NCBI GenBank assembly: GCA_000934665.2 | Contig: JYFJ02002443.1 | Span: 1 to 56,936, forward strand | DNA length: 56,936 nt | DNA from: Catajapyx aquilonaris | Lineage: Eukaryota | Direction of reading: 5' to 3' | Shown: one piece after another, positions 10,691 through 24,265 of the stretch | Position numbering within the stretch: position 1 is the stretch's first letter | Layout of the letters: each line of letters starts with the position of its first letter | Notes under the pieces: model-generated | Database searches by the model: none | What the model saw: the letters and a program-made list of their open reading frames with translations, nothing else | Told to the model about the DNA's origin: nothing | Program-made: the position numbers and the translations under genes

Positions 10691-13600
10691 ATGTCTGGTG
10701 GAAGCAGCAAGGGTCAGCCCCAGCACCACACCCATGGGTTGAAGCAGACTGACCTGGACCAGATATGGGGTGACCTCAAGGAAGGGGTCGAGCAGGTCTA
10801 CAAGGGGCAGTCCATGCACAAGCCCAGATACATGGAGCTTTACACGTATCCTTTTTTGGGTTGGACGCAACGCACGCATTCTAGGGCTAGGAACAATGTA
10901 ATGTTACGTACTTGGGACGACACGAGGGGCAACGGCCTTCGTGGGTCATACAAGTGAAATGTGGCTGGGAAAAAATGTTGGGGTTTTTGCAGCAGTAGGC
11001 TGGGATATGACTTAAGCTTGTGGCTGATATGGAAATGGCGTATTGTTTCTACACGAGATCCGTTTCTGCCTGGTATGGTCACCAAGTCGGGCGTGAAAAA
11101 GGGAAACTCACGGATGGAATTGGGCACGTGCAAGTTTTCTGTAATTTAGATGAAAAAGTGAAACTCAGTTTTTTGATCAGGAGAGTCCATATTTCAAAAT
11201 ATTTTATCAGGCAATGTAGATTGTGTACTTTTTGAGATGATAAAACTGGAATGAATAAGCTCCATTGTATTTGAACCTGTGGTGCAAAATCATTTCGTTA
11301 ATTAGTGCGCAATTGGCATGTCGAAAAATCAGTCGCAATCTGGTGTTGCTTGAAAATGTATAAATTTTTAAAACATTGCTTCTGCCTTCTATTGTGATTT
11401 GTACTAGGGATATATTTTGTACAGCTGATAATTTGTGGTGCAAGTGTGTCGTCCTTAACTTAATGCCCTTCAGTCATGTGTACAACTATTGCACCAGCGT
11501 CCACCAGCAAGACGGCACAAATCGAGCTGCGCAGTCCTCACGCAGCAAAAAAGGCAAGACTCCAGGAGGAGCACAGCTCGTGGGTCTTGAGCTTTACCAG
11601 CGCCTTAAAGATTACCTCAGTCGCCATCTGAGCCACCTCTTGGTAGATGGAACTGACCTTATGGACGAGGCTGTCCTCAAGTTCTACACAGGACATTGGG
11701 ATGAATACACTTTTAGTTCAAAGGTCAGTAACTCATTGCAGTAGGATCTGAACCACTTGTATGTACATTTGGAAGGACCTGCTTATTTTTGTAAGAAGAG
11801 AGCTGATTTGTACTAAGTCAAATGAGAATTTCTGGAGTAATATTGCCTAACTTTTGCAGGTCTTGAATGGCGTGTGTGCTTACTTGAACCGACACTGGGT
11901 TAGACGGGAATGCGATGAGGGGAGCAAAGGAATATACGAGATTTACCAGTTGGCGCTTATGACTTGGCGTGATCAGCTTTTCTGCAACCTCAATGGCCGT
12001 GTTACCAAGGCAGTTCTGCAGTTGATTCAACGTGAACGCAATGGAGAAACCATCAACACTCGCCTGGTCAGTGGAGTTATCAACTGTTACGTGGAGCTGG
12101 GCTTGAACGAAGATCAGCCAAGTGCCAAGGGCCAGAACCTGTGCGTCTACAAGCAATACTTTGAGTCCCTGTTTTTAGAAGATACGGAGTACTTCTATTC
12201 TAAAGAGAGCGCTGAGTTTCTGCAGCAGAATCCGGTGACGGAGTACATGCGAAAGGCGGAGCAGCGCTTCCTAGAGGAACAAAACCGCGTGCGAATGTAT
12301 CTTCATGAAACAACTTTGGAGCAGCTGAACAAGACATGCGAAAGAGTCCTTATTGAAAAGCACCTCGAGATATTTCATTCCGAGTTCCAGAATCTGCTTA
12401 ACAACGACAAGAATTCCGATCTGGGGTGCATGTACCAACTAGTGGCTCGCATACCTGATGGTTTGGGCGAATTGCAGAACCTGCTTGAGTCGCATATCCA
12501 TTCTCAAGGGTTGGCTGCGATAGAGAAATGTGGAGAGGCAGCAAACAATGACCCTCGAGTTTACGTCAACACTGTTCTGGAGGTTCAGCGCAAGTACAAC
12601 GCTCTGGTGCTGACTGCGTTTGCAAATGACTCCAGCTTTGTGGCTGCCCTCGACAAGGCATGTGGCCGCTTCATAAACGCAAATGCTGTAACACGTCGTG
12701 CCAACAACTCGTCCAAGTCGCCCGAACTGCTGGCCAAGTACTGCGACATACTCCTGAAAAAGTCATCAAAGAACCCTGAGGATGCGGAACTTGAGGACAC
12801 TCTCACCCAGGTAATTTTTGTTGACACATTATGTCTTATTGAACAACGTGAATGGTATGATTCTTTGCGAACTAGACGCTTTTAATAGTTGCAGTGTATT
12901 AAAATAATCCTCTCTGCAGGTGATGGTGGTCTTCAAGTACATTGAAGACAAGGATGTGTTCCAAAAGTTTTATTCTAAGCTGCTGGCCAAGCGCTTGGTG
13001 CAGCACATGTCCGCCAGTGACGACGCGGAAGCCTCCATGATCTCAAAGCTGAAGCAGGCGTGTGGGTTCGAGTACACGTCAAAGCTCCAGCGCATGTTCC
13101 AAGACATTGGTGTGTCCAAGGATCTGAACGAGCAGTTTAGGAAGCACCTGGAGAACTCGTGTGACCCGCTAGACATTGACTTTGGGATTCAGGTGCTGTC
13201 CTCAGGGTCGTGGCCGTTCCAGCAGCCGTGCACACTGTCTCTCCCATCCGAGCTGGAAAGGAGCATCCAGCGGTTCTCCACTTTCTACGCCGGTCAGCAC
13301 AGCGGAAGGAAGCTCAACTGGCTCTATCAGATGTCCAAGGGGGAGCTTGTGGCCAACTGCTTTAAGAACAGGTAGCTTAGCCAGTTGCAGTTAATTTTAC
13401 AAGTACTGGAATTGTTCCCTTCAGATGTAATGTACAGTAATGAACTCTTTCCTTTACAGGTACACCCTGCAGGCCTCGACTTTCCAAATGGCTGTTCTCT
13501 TGCAATACAATTCGTCGACCTCGTGGACAGTCCAGCAGTTGCACGAACTGACCCAGATCAAGATGGACCTCCTGGTGCAGGTGGCCCAGATCCTGCTCAA

Positions 13601-13976
13601 GTCCAAGCTGCTGGTTTCCCCTGACGAGGAGGTGGCCTCTACTTCGGTCTTGTCTCTGTTTGAGGGTTACAAGAACAAGAAGCTTAGGATCAACATCAAC
13701 ATACCCATGAAGGCTGAGCTGAAGGTGGAGCAGGAGGCCACCCACAAGCATGTCGAGGAGGACCGCAAGCTTCTGATCCAGGCGGCGATCGTTCGGATTA
13801 TGAAGATGAGGAAGGCGCTGAACCACCAGCAGCTGGTTGCGGAGGTGTTTAATCAGCTTAGCTCCAGGTTCAAGCCTAGGGTGCCGGTCATTAAGAAGTG
13901 CATTGACATACTTATCGAGAAGGAGTACCTGGAGAGGACTGAGGGACAGAAGGACACTTACAGTTACTTGGCGTGA
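10691..13976 (+). CDS. CUL1: Cullin-1; exons 10691-10845, 11474-11723, 11860-12810, 12920-13371, 13460-13976
   Basis: [63 protein letters not shown] and the neddylation motif AAIVRIMK. C-terminus YSYLA. Probable 5'UTR exon ends at donor 10051. Confidence 0.97.
10846..11473 (+). other. U12-type (minor spliceosome) GT-AG intron in CUL1
   Basis: 5' splice site GTATCCTTT at 10846 and branch site TCCTTAAC at 11452-11459, close to CAG 11471-11473. Confidence 0.92.
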
Positions 13977-14696
13977 TTTGGTTCATTGTTTTTGATTCAT
14001 CAAATTTATTTTTTTTGGTTTTTCATCATTTGGTTCACTGCTGTAAGATGACCTATCATTCCAAGTGAATGGGTTTTCATATCCGGAGACAATTTTTTTT
14101 TCTCTCTCTCTCTCTCTCTCCCATTTATTTTATGTTGGAAACATGCAAAGAAAGTGCAAAGAAAGGTCTCGCATGGGAAAGTGAGGCCTGAACGTGTGTG
14201 TGTGCGCGCGAGGAATAAAGAAGAAGAGAAGAAGAAAAAAAGTTGCTGTATGGAAAGCAAGTGAGTTGGCTTGCATTTCATTGTTCATTTATTAAAAGTG
14301 GATTGGTTCATCTCATGTTTTGACTAATTAGTGCTGGTCTTTTTTTATATATAAAAAAAATAATTATTCACGATCGAGTTCACGATCTAACCCTAAATAG
14401 GTTCCCATTTATAGAAGAAGAAAAAAAAATCGAAATGTGGCGCGTAATCAATGGTGCCAACATGCTGCTCTCTGATTGGTCAAGGCTGTTCCGCTACCCT
14501 TCCAATTGCACCTCATTTTTGGCCACACTCGCAACAGTGTGGAACACATCTTGTCGCCCATTGGTCAACTGTGGGGTATGCGCGCACTAATGTCTGCCTG
14601 CAAGCACAGTGTAAAATCCAACCAGGCCAAAATCGGTGTGTGAATCGAACTCATAGGAATTTTTTCCCGCTCGAGCCAATTCTTTTTTCTTTGAAA

Positions 14697-16488
14697 ATGG
14701 AATTGAGCAATGGGGCCGCCCTTGAGACGACCCAGGGGCTGCCCCGGGGCATGCGGACGATGGAGTCTGGGCTGGAGGACTTCAATAGATCCAGCTGGAA
14801 GGACAAGGTGGTCCAATCGGATGTTCCAGCCGTATGCAAAGAAGAACCGTGCAGCCTTGGAATAGACGAGGCTGGAAGAGGACCTGTGCTTGGTACTCTT
14901 TGCATCAATTGCATGTGAAGTACTCTGCAGATGTACTTACTCATACTTGACATTCGCAGGCCCTATGGTGTATGGAATCTGCTACTGTCCGGAGTCGCGC
15001 TCGGAGGAGCTCAAGTCGGCCGGAAGCGCTGATTCCAAGACGCTTACGGAGAAGCAGCGTGAGGCCGCCTTCTCCGCATTGTGCCAGCAGTCCGAGTGGG
15101 TCGGTTGGGCTATACATGTTCTGTCGCCGTCCACCATATGCGCTGGGATGTACCGCAGGCAGAAGTACAGCCTTAACCAGCTGTCGCATGACACGGCCAT
15201 CGGTTTGATCAAGGAGGCATTGGACAATGGGGTTAATGTCACCAGTGTGTTTGTAGACACTGTGGGTCCCCCGGAGAAGTACCAGGCCAAGTTGGAGAAT
15301 ATTTTTCCGGAACTCAAGATCACTGTGGCCAAGAAGGCTGATTCGCTGTATCCGACTGTTAGTGCAGCGAGTATTTGCGCCAAGGTGGCTAGAGACAGGG
15401 CTGTGGAAGGTTGGAGGTTTCCGGAAGGGGCTTCAGTTGAGCAGAAAGGAGGTTGGGGAAGCGGCTATCCCGGAGGTATATTTTCTCTACCAGTTGGCAT
15501 ACGTAACACTGAAACCACACTTACATGGGAGCGATTTATTATAGTAGATAAATCGCTCACATGTAAACATGGCTTGAACCTTTTACATTACGTTCCCAAG
15601 TGCATGCGAAAAGCAAGAACGAGAAGCTTTTATCAAACCCTATTGACTTCTCATACGAAAACGTTCTCGAATTTGTTCCGCTTCTCATGAGCTTGGGACC
15701 AGTTTTAAAGGAGCTGTCTTAATGTCACAGATTTACAAGAATAATTTTGTTTTTCAGATCCTGCCACAAAGGCTTTTCTCAAGAATAACATTGATCCGGT
15801 GTTTGGTTTTCCGTCTCTAGTGCGATTTAGCTGGTCCACTGCGGAAAAACTGCTGGAAGAAAAGGCCGCCAACGTTGTGTGGTAAATTAATTTTTCATTG
15901 CACATTGGTTTCATGTGCCTTCTGACTCTGCACAAGAAAATTATCTTACATGTATTGCACATAATTTGTATTTTTAATGTCCAAGTTCAAATAACAAGCT
16001 TTGTACTGAGACGGCAATTATTTTATTTGAAAAGAAATATCAAATTTTGTACCCTTGGTAATGGTTCCTTACTTTTGTGACCAGCAGCCGTTCTTACGAG
16101 AGAGGTGCCTTTCTGTATGTGAATTTATTTAGAACTGAAATTAATTTCAGTCAAATTGTAAGAGCAGAACAAGCCAAAATCCAGTTTTGGTGGTGTCTCA
16201 TGCATGGAAATATATCGCTGAACTTTCATGATGATTATTAATGTATTGTCAGGCATTCCCAAACGTTATGGGATTCAATAGGATAGATAGTTTTGGTTGC
16301 ATGTAATTAACTACAAGTTTTTCTGAACTGACATTCATTTATTTCCTAATTTTAGGGAAGATGTTGATGGTGACGAGGCTGACAAGTCGACTCCTTCCGT
16401 CTTAACCTACTTTTCTCGTCAACCCAATGTGTGCAAGAAACATGAATTCTTCACCAGCCATTCCCTGAAACCTGTAGACAAGCTGTGA
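14697..16488 (+). CDS. RNASEH2A: Ribonuclease H2 subunit A; exons 14697-14892, 14960-15475, 15758-15881, 16356-16488
   Basis: [67 protein letters not shown] and [14 protein letters not shown]. Confidence 0.95.
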
Positions 16489-16609
16489 TGCGTGTGAGTA
16501 AACAGGGTTTCATTTCGCTTTGATGTGTGTACATGAACCAGGATATCAAACGTCAAAGAAAATGATAATGTGCTCATTCACAAAAATTGGCTTGATTGGA
16601 ACTGTTTTC

Positions 16610-19600
16610 CTACAGGGCAGGCAGCGTTTTGTTTCTGAGCCTCGTCAGCTCCTTTTGCAGAGCCAGAAGTTGGACCTGCTGTGTCTCAATGTCCCGGATG
16701 AGCTTGCTTCTTTCTTTAATGATCTTCATCCTCCTCTTGAGCCCCTGCCCCTTTTTATATCGTACGCCCATGTCAGTTTTCAGTTCCGCCTCTGTTATAT
16801 CTACTTTGATGCTGTGGATGTTAGAATTGGCATGTGCGTTCTGGTGTTCCTTCTGCTTGCGCAGCTTCTCTGACGCTTTCATCACCTTGTTGGCCTCAGC
16901 CACCTTCTTCTCATGTTGCTGTGAAAAAGGTCAAAAAAGGAAGTTAATCAGTTGGCATCCATCTGTTGGATCGTGTGGCAAGACAGTACTCACCTCCGTG
17001 ACCTTCTTGATACACTCCTCAAGTTTTACGACATTCTTCTGCTGCCGGCCGTGGAAGTCTGTGGCCCTGAGGAACTCCTGCATGTCTCTTGTTACGTGCA
17101 TGTGGTTTACTTCAAAGAGCATGGTGACCAGATCCATGATCTCCATCCTCCCTCTCTCGTAATCCCACTCCAGCCCCATGATCCCCTCTCTGTACGTCTT
17201 GCTGCGAGTCATCGCCTTCAGCTTCACTTCGCCCCTTCCCTTGATCAACTCGTTTACCTTCTCAACCACCATCTTGTCCACAAGTATCGCGTCTTCAAAG
17301 TGTATCATATTGGAGCATGGGAACAGCTCTGTCTGACCCTGCTTGATTACAAGCTGGATCTAATGGTAAAGCACAGGAGAGGTTTTTTCAAAAATAAGGA
17401 CACTGCTAACAGCGCATGACTTATTAATTTTTACCTCCATGTCCCTGGCGCAGTTTTCCTTACATTCCCTGATCTGAGTGAGTATTGTCAGCATATCCTT
17501 GGCAGCGGTCATGTTCTTTTCATTGCTGACCTTCTTCTTCGTCACTGCTGCCCTCCTCTCGGCCATCTCCATTGCCATTGCCTTCACCTGCGTCTCACTC
17601 ACAATTTTCGCCCTGCGCTGCTTGCAGAAGTTGGTCCAAATCGTGATTTCCATCCCCTCGGGAAGGCTGCGGGTCGTGTCATCCATCTCATCAAGAATCT
17701 TCTGAATTCTCGCAGTGATTTCATCCTCCTTCTCTGTGCCGCTTTCCTTCGTCCCCAACAAGATTTCCAGCAAGTGGTTAAGAGACTCTGCCGACCTCTG
17801 CATCTTCTGGATGTCTTTTGGCCTCCGTTTGTACAGCCGAACTAATATGTCCTGGTCACCCTGGCCTATGTCACGGATGTCCTTCTTAAAGGACAGCTCA
17901 TTCTGCCTGTCCTGAGCCAAGTAGGATTCGAACGCCTTTTGATCTCTGTCCAGGAAGCCCTGAAGTTCAGTAAGGAAGCTGTTCGTCTGGCGGTACTCCT
18001 CCTGCGACTGCTGGATGCAGGTCCTTGTGGAAAAGGCGGAGGAGGCGGAATTATGGTAACTGGTATGATGCGACACAGTGGGATTATTACAGCCAGATAT
18101 TTCAGTTATACTCACGTCAGCATTTGTTCTTGTGCGTCCATCCGGTTCCGCGTGTAAATGGTGAAGTTGAGCCTGGCGATGGTGATTTCCTCTTGCAGGA
18201 CACATGAATCGTATTTCATTTTCAACTGGAACAGTTGTTGGAGGTTTTCATCGAATACGTCCCTTGTTTCCTGTTTATTAAAAATATATATATAAAAGAA
18301 TGGCTTGTGATTTAACATGCCCTTTGCTGTGCGCAAAGTACATTGCATGGAATAATGCCGTAATACGATTTGCTGACCTTATTTTTCTCCAGGAGTTGTG
18401 CTAACTCTGCTTCGAGCTGCTTCCTGTACTTCTCCCTCTCCTCATTGAGTTCCAGCACTCTCCGCTCGTAATCCTTGAATACTTTGTTTTCCTCCTCTGT
18501 CCACTCCTCCACTGGTTTTGCGGCTATCAGAAAGGGTGGCTTGGGAATGTCTTTCTTGAGCTCATCTTCCCGTCGTTTTTCCAGCACGCCGTCCATCATG
18601 ACTATCAGGGCCTTCTCCTTGAAGTTGTCCTCCGCTTCCTTCCTCCTGCGCTCGGCCTCCTCTGCTGCCTCCTTCTCCATTCTTTTCCTCTCCTCAGGTG
18701 AGATGTACACTGGGGACAGTATTTCGTGGGGCTGCACTTCCAGGAGCCTCTCGGTCTTTTCTTCCACAGTCCACTTTGGGTCCTTCAGTCGTTCAGCTTC
18801 CTCCGACTGGCCCAGTTCATTCAGGATGTATCTGTATTACGACGTAAAGTACCAAATGAAACTTTTGGATTGTACGACTATGCTAAAGTGAAACACATTG
18901 TTTTCCTAAATATCATTTAAGGGGACTGCTGCGAGTGCTCTGGATTTTCTGTGCCCACCTTATCCTGACATTCCTCTCCGAGATGGCATTCATGTCGCAT
19001 TGCTTCTGCACCATGGCCTGATCAAATTGCTTGTTAAAGGAGACCTGCAGCTGGCGAATGACGTCCTTGATGATCAGGATTTGCTGCTGCATTCGTTGAA
19101 CAGACGTCAGTTGCAGCTGCTTGTACATGAATGAGGGCAAATCCACCAGAGTGTGAGTTTGGCTGCTGGGGAGGTTGATCCTCATGTCAATGATCGACCC
19201 ACCCATCGTGGAGTTGCTGTCCGTGTCAATGGTTGACGTCGTTGGGACCTCCTTTACCTCGTCATTCTCATCCTTCTTATCCTCGAATTCCCGTGAATCC
19301 TCTCTCAAAGGTTCTTCGCGCCTGAGAAAGACGTGATGCATAATTATTATCATCAATGCAAGAAAAGGATTGGACACACACAAACATTGCAATTGTGTGC
19401 TCTGTGGCACAATGAAATGATTTCGCTTATGATAATTAAATGAAGCGTAACTTATGGTTATTTTGAGCCGTTATGTTCTGTGAGATTCCTGTATTGTATG
19501 CCACTTCCAAACCTGGATTGCCACCTGGAGACTTTCTTTGTGCACTTTGTTAGTGAAGTATTCTTGGAGCAAAAGTAGTGAATTTATCAACAACTACCGT

Positions 19601-22600
19601 TGCTCAGTTTACTAAGTACTCACAAGGAGGTCTTTGAGCTCGACTGGTTCAAATGCTCATTCTCGATGTCCTCACAGGCTGCGTCAATCTCGCGTGCCAT
19701 TTGTATTGTTCTGAGCCTCTCTGCATCCGCAGCACTAGGAAAGGCCAGCTGGTAGTTGGGGACCTCCAGGCTTGTCCCGAAAGATTTGAGTCTCTGCGCC
19801 TTCACCTGCATTCTGTCCCAGCAGAGCTCCTTGAGCTTTTGAGTCACCAGTTCTCGCGCCATGCTGTCAGCCTTTGCCTCCGCTTCCGTCTGCTGGATCT
19901 GCTCCAGGCCTTCCGTCCACATGCGCCTCTCCTCCTCAATGTCCATTTCAAACTCGTGGGGAAGCAGTCGCTCGTTGTCGTCCAGCTTGGAGTTTGTTTC
20001 CAACAACTGCGTCACCTGTCTGCGGATTGCGTCTGCCAGGAAGCGAATCTGGTCCACCACCTCTTGGTACTGCTGCTGCTTCTCCAAACGGTTTTCCTCC
20101 TCCATCACCTGAAGAGCCGTCAGCTCGTGTGGGGCGTTGACTGTTATGAAAATTAAACGGAAATACGGTGAATATATTACTGTATAATAATAATAATCAC
20201 TAATTAAATATGAAGTAACCCATATAACTGCATATGTTTAGGAATTTTTTCTGTTGCAAGAACTCACCGAAATCATTTCTGGCCCTCATTGCTTCCATGG
20301 CTGTGTTCTCATCCTTTATGGACATCCCAAGCTGCATCCTGCTGGGCCTTATCCCCAATCCATCTGACTTACCGCCCCTGGAAATGAAATGTTAGCATCG
20401 GTTGAATCTGGAGCGATGGAGCTGAATTATGAATCGCTGATTTTATCATAAATTAAACCGATTGTAACACGATACGTTAGACGTGACGTTTCTGTCAGGC
20501 CATACCAGCGTCCATTTTACCTGAGGTCAGTGAAGGTGACCATACCATCCCCTCCTACAGTGAGGAACCCTGTGGACTGGGGAGAGACATCCCCATGCAC
20601 AATGCCGCCTGTGGTAAAGTGGTGGCAGCTGTACCTCCGGCAGCTGTCGGCATGTCCCATGGTCATGTTATATACTGTGCCGTCAGCAGCGAAGAAGTAC
20701 AGCGTGCCTATTTCGGTGGGTAGGATGACGTCGATGCGCTGGCCTGTGTCAATCTTGAACAGGTTGTACAGGTCGAGGATGTTTTCCTCATTCTGTTGGG
20801 GGAACAGTTTCCATTCAAGCCTCAGTAAATCTCATAAATTATGCACCTTGATGAACAAGTGAAAAAAAAATATGATCCTGTTCGTGTTCAGAGTTCAGTT
20901 AAAATAATTTATTTATCCCTGGTTCGGCCATTAATTAGCATCATTTTCCCTCCCCAGGGTGGTTTCCAGTTTGCGCAAGTTGGGATCCGCCCATAATTAC
21001 ATCCTGTATGACCTCATGTTGAGTGAAATAAAACTTCAAAAGAGACTGACCGGGTCCTGCTTGTACATCCCAATCTCCCGACATCTCTCCAGGTAGGTGT
21101 AGAAAGCGCCATTGGAGTAGTACAACCCCCTGCAGGTGAAATCCAGATTGTAGAGGACCGCCACCTGCAAAATGGTTTTGTATGTTGCCAAATAATGCTT
21201 GATTTCCCGAGCAGCGGCTGAGCAAACTAGGAAGCAATTATTTGGCACGTACAGTTTAAGTCTTTGAATTTCCTGAGTATGAAATAATGTTAGGCAAGGG
21301 CGCTACGGTTCTAGTGCAAGGGACGTTATGGGCCAAACCTGCAGGGAGCATTCAGCATTCATCTTGAAGATAATGATCCTGTCGGGCGTGGCTTCTGGCT
21401 GCGAGCAGACTAAAGCGGCAATCCTGAAGTCTTGCATCCCTTCCCCTGCAGACATGTCACATATGGATTGTATGACTCCCCTGGCCCAGGAGCAGCTGAG
21501 GTATTCAAATTTTTTGGAGGCTAGTCCGCTCAGGACGTAGACGAGGCCTCTGGCAGAATTGCAGGCCAGAATGAATCTGGTCTGGCAAACGAAATAGAGC
21601 TTGTCCAGTGGATTGGTGGACAGATAAACGCGGTGAACCATCTTTGGCGGAGAATCCTGCGGGGTGTAGCACACCAGGAGATTGCCATCCTCCGTCCCAA
21701 TGGTCAGGTAGCTCATGACGGGGCTGCATGCCATGGAGGTGCACTTTGTAGCCAGGTTGAAAAATGCTTCCTGCGTGTGGGTAAGTGAACTATTCAGTCA
21801 TCATTGAAAGTTAGGTTCCACGATGGTCTCAAGTGGCATAATAACAAAATCCGGAATTATCGTAATTATTTTTTTTACCAGTTGTCCATTATTGGTCTGC
21901 CAGAAGTAGAGCCTTCCTTTTGGGGTTAGACCTGCTGTGATGGTGCACTCTGGCCGGATGAAGCAGGCAGCTAGAAACTTGGGCGCAAATATGTCAGGAA
22001 CAAAGTTGCTGCCTATCACGTTCACCCCGGAAACGAGGACTATTTCTCCCTAATTAAACGAGAGTAAAGGCTATCAACATCGATAATACTGATGCAGTCT
22101 TAAAGAGTTTTTTTTTTTTTTTTGAAAATGCATGCCTCTGCTGTCCTTGCGATTGTAGTCCCTTTGTCTCCAGGAAATGCTTGCAGGACTTCACCGATGC
22201 CGAATCCCTCTTTTTCCACCTGATATGTGTCGGTTCTCAGGGAAAACATCTGGAAATAAGAAAATCGGTTAATTGTTGGCAATGCGCGAACTGAAATCCA
22301 TCATTGCATACCACTCCTTCCTTTGTGAATACTATGATATTGTTGTCCACCACATTCATGGAAGTTATGCCTTTGTCTTCAGGTACCATCTCCATTTCGC
22401 ACAAGCTCTCGTCCTCCTGGAGGATGTTCTGCATGAGGTCGTACATCACGCTGGCTGTGTCCTTGTCTTGCTCAAACTGCCATGGAGGTGCTTTTTTTCA
22501 GATTAATTATTACTGACGGTCTAAGAACCAATATCTCCAACCGTTGCTAATGAAGCTGACGGCAGTGTAGTTTTTGTTAGTTCATAACCGCCTGTTACGA

Positions 22601-24233
22601 GGCTGGAGGAATTGGTGTGATGGTGGATTCAAATCTCAATATATTTTGTTAACATTTTTTCTCTCTCTATATTGTCATGCCAGGAAAGGAAAAGCGATTG
22701 CGCCATAAGGAAGCCTGCGACCTACTTTAAATATGTATCCTTCACTGGAAGCAACCAGGAGTTCACCGGATGGCCCCCATGCTACGTCAGTGATGGTCAC
22801 ATCACCCACTGGAAGGCTCAACTTCCTCTGGGTGACGGTGGAGAGGTTCTCGAAGTAGTCAATCTCCCACACAGACAGCTTTGACTTTGTCCACTGACAG
22901 ACAGCGTTCCAACGTGTAGGGCTGGAATCAACCCGCAATTACTTATTGAAGAAGCATTGGCTCAAGTTGGAAATACATACCAAGGGGTAAGCTGTATTTC
23001 TCCATGTTCAACTTCCGTTTTGACGGTGGTTAGGGGCACCCTTTTTGAAGTCCATTTCCAAAAGTGGAATGCAAAGACTGGCACACCTGAGATGGCCACG
23101 AAGAACTCTTTTCCAAGGAAAGCTATTGCCTTGTAGTCCAGTTCGGTTGCACCTGTTTTGACAATATTTGCTGCATTATTTTTTTTAAAAAGTAAATTCT
23201 GTGTGGTAATATGTTACCTTTGAGCACTGTGTTCACTGCGAAGGTCTTGTAACAGTGGATGTATATCTTAGGGTTGATGCAGACCTCGGTGAATGCGAAT
23301 GCTCCAACGGCGATACTGGCAGTGAGAAGCCCTATCCCTTGTCCGGGAGGCACGAACACAATCTCCTCCAGGTACCCCTTGTGCTCCAACAGGACCAGGT
23401 TGTTCCTGTTGGTCTTCTTGGCGTCCTTCAGCTGGTCCTCCTCTTCCCTGGTCTTATGCTCCCAGTCCTCCATCTGCAGCTTCAGAACACGATCCTGGTG
23501 GTCCTCTTCATCTTCTTCATCTTGGTCGTAGGCTGCGGCAGTCAATCCGCCCATTGGTATCCTGGTCGCTTGGTGTCCAGTTCCTTTTCCGATGAGGCCC
23601 ATGGCAATATGTATGTTGAATGCATCATCGGGCTTGGAAACATTCATGTTGCTTGAAGTGGCCTTCCCGGGTAATCTCTGGATTTTAATACTTGACTTGC
23701 TTGCTATGCCTGTAATGCTGTGCACCTGATCCAAGTCATCTGTAGTGCTTGGCACCTGAAGCAAGTCTATATCTGTAGCGCTTGGCTGGTCCTGAGGTAA
23801 GGTGTCCTCTTCTGTCAGGTACTCCTCGTTCCCATCCGCATCGAAGGAGATTGACATCCGACCACTGTTGATGGTCCTCTTGATGCCTCTGAGCCAGAGG
23901 ATGCTGGTCCTCCGGTTTTGCTTCAGGACTGGGATGAACTTGATGGCCGTACCGCTCACATACGCCACGGTGTTGTACGTCGGTAGGCATATTTGGGACG
24001 AGGTGCATCCTTTCAGCCATCTAATAATAATTGTTAAAATTATTCATAGAATAAGAATATTCATCTTAATTGAACCACTATAGAAATATTTCACATTGAG
24101 TGAGTTTTAATGAATGTGAGCGTATGAAGGGTAATTGTGGTCAGTACTTGGCCTTGAGTTCGGTCCTACGTAAGGTGCAAGTTGGTTCGTCCCAGTTCCA
24201 ATCGATGGAATCTGCTACCTTTTTCGATGCCAT
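16610..24233 (-). CDS. CFAP43: Cilia- and flagella-associated protein 43 (WDR96), multi-exon, WD40 N-terminus and coiled-coil C-terminus
   Basis: Exon 1 (24233-24148) splices to KWLKGCTSSQICLPTYNTVAYVSGTAIKFI. C-terminal MMDGVLEKRREDELKKDIPKPPF, WTEEE...EEREKYRKQLEAEL, LVRLYKRRPK and ELTRLRNKTLPAL match recalled CFAP43. Not all internal exon borders were verified. Confidence 0.88.
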
Positions 24234-24251
24234 CTTTTGTTGATTCCCAGG

Positions 24252-24265
24252 GTTGCCTTGGTAAA
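24252..24265. promoter_or_regulatory. RFX X-box-like motif upstream of CFAP43
   Basis: GTTGCCTTGGTAAA, about 19 bp from the ATG of a ciliary gene. Confidence 0.55.
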
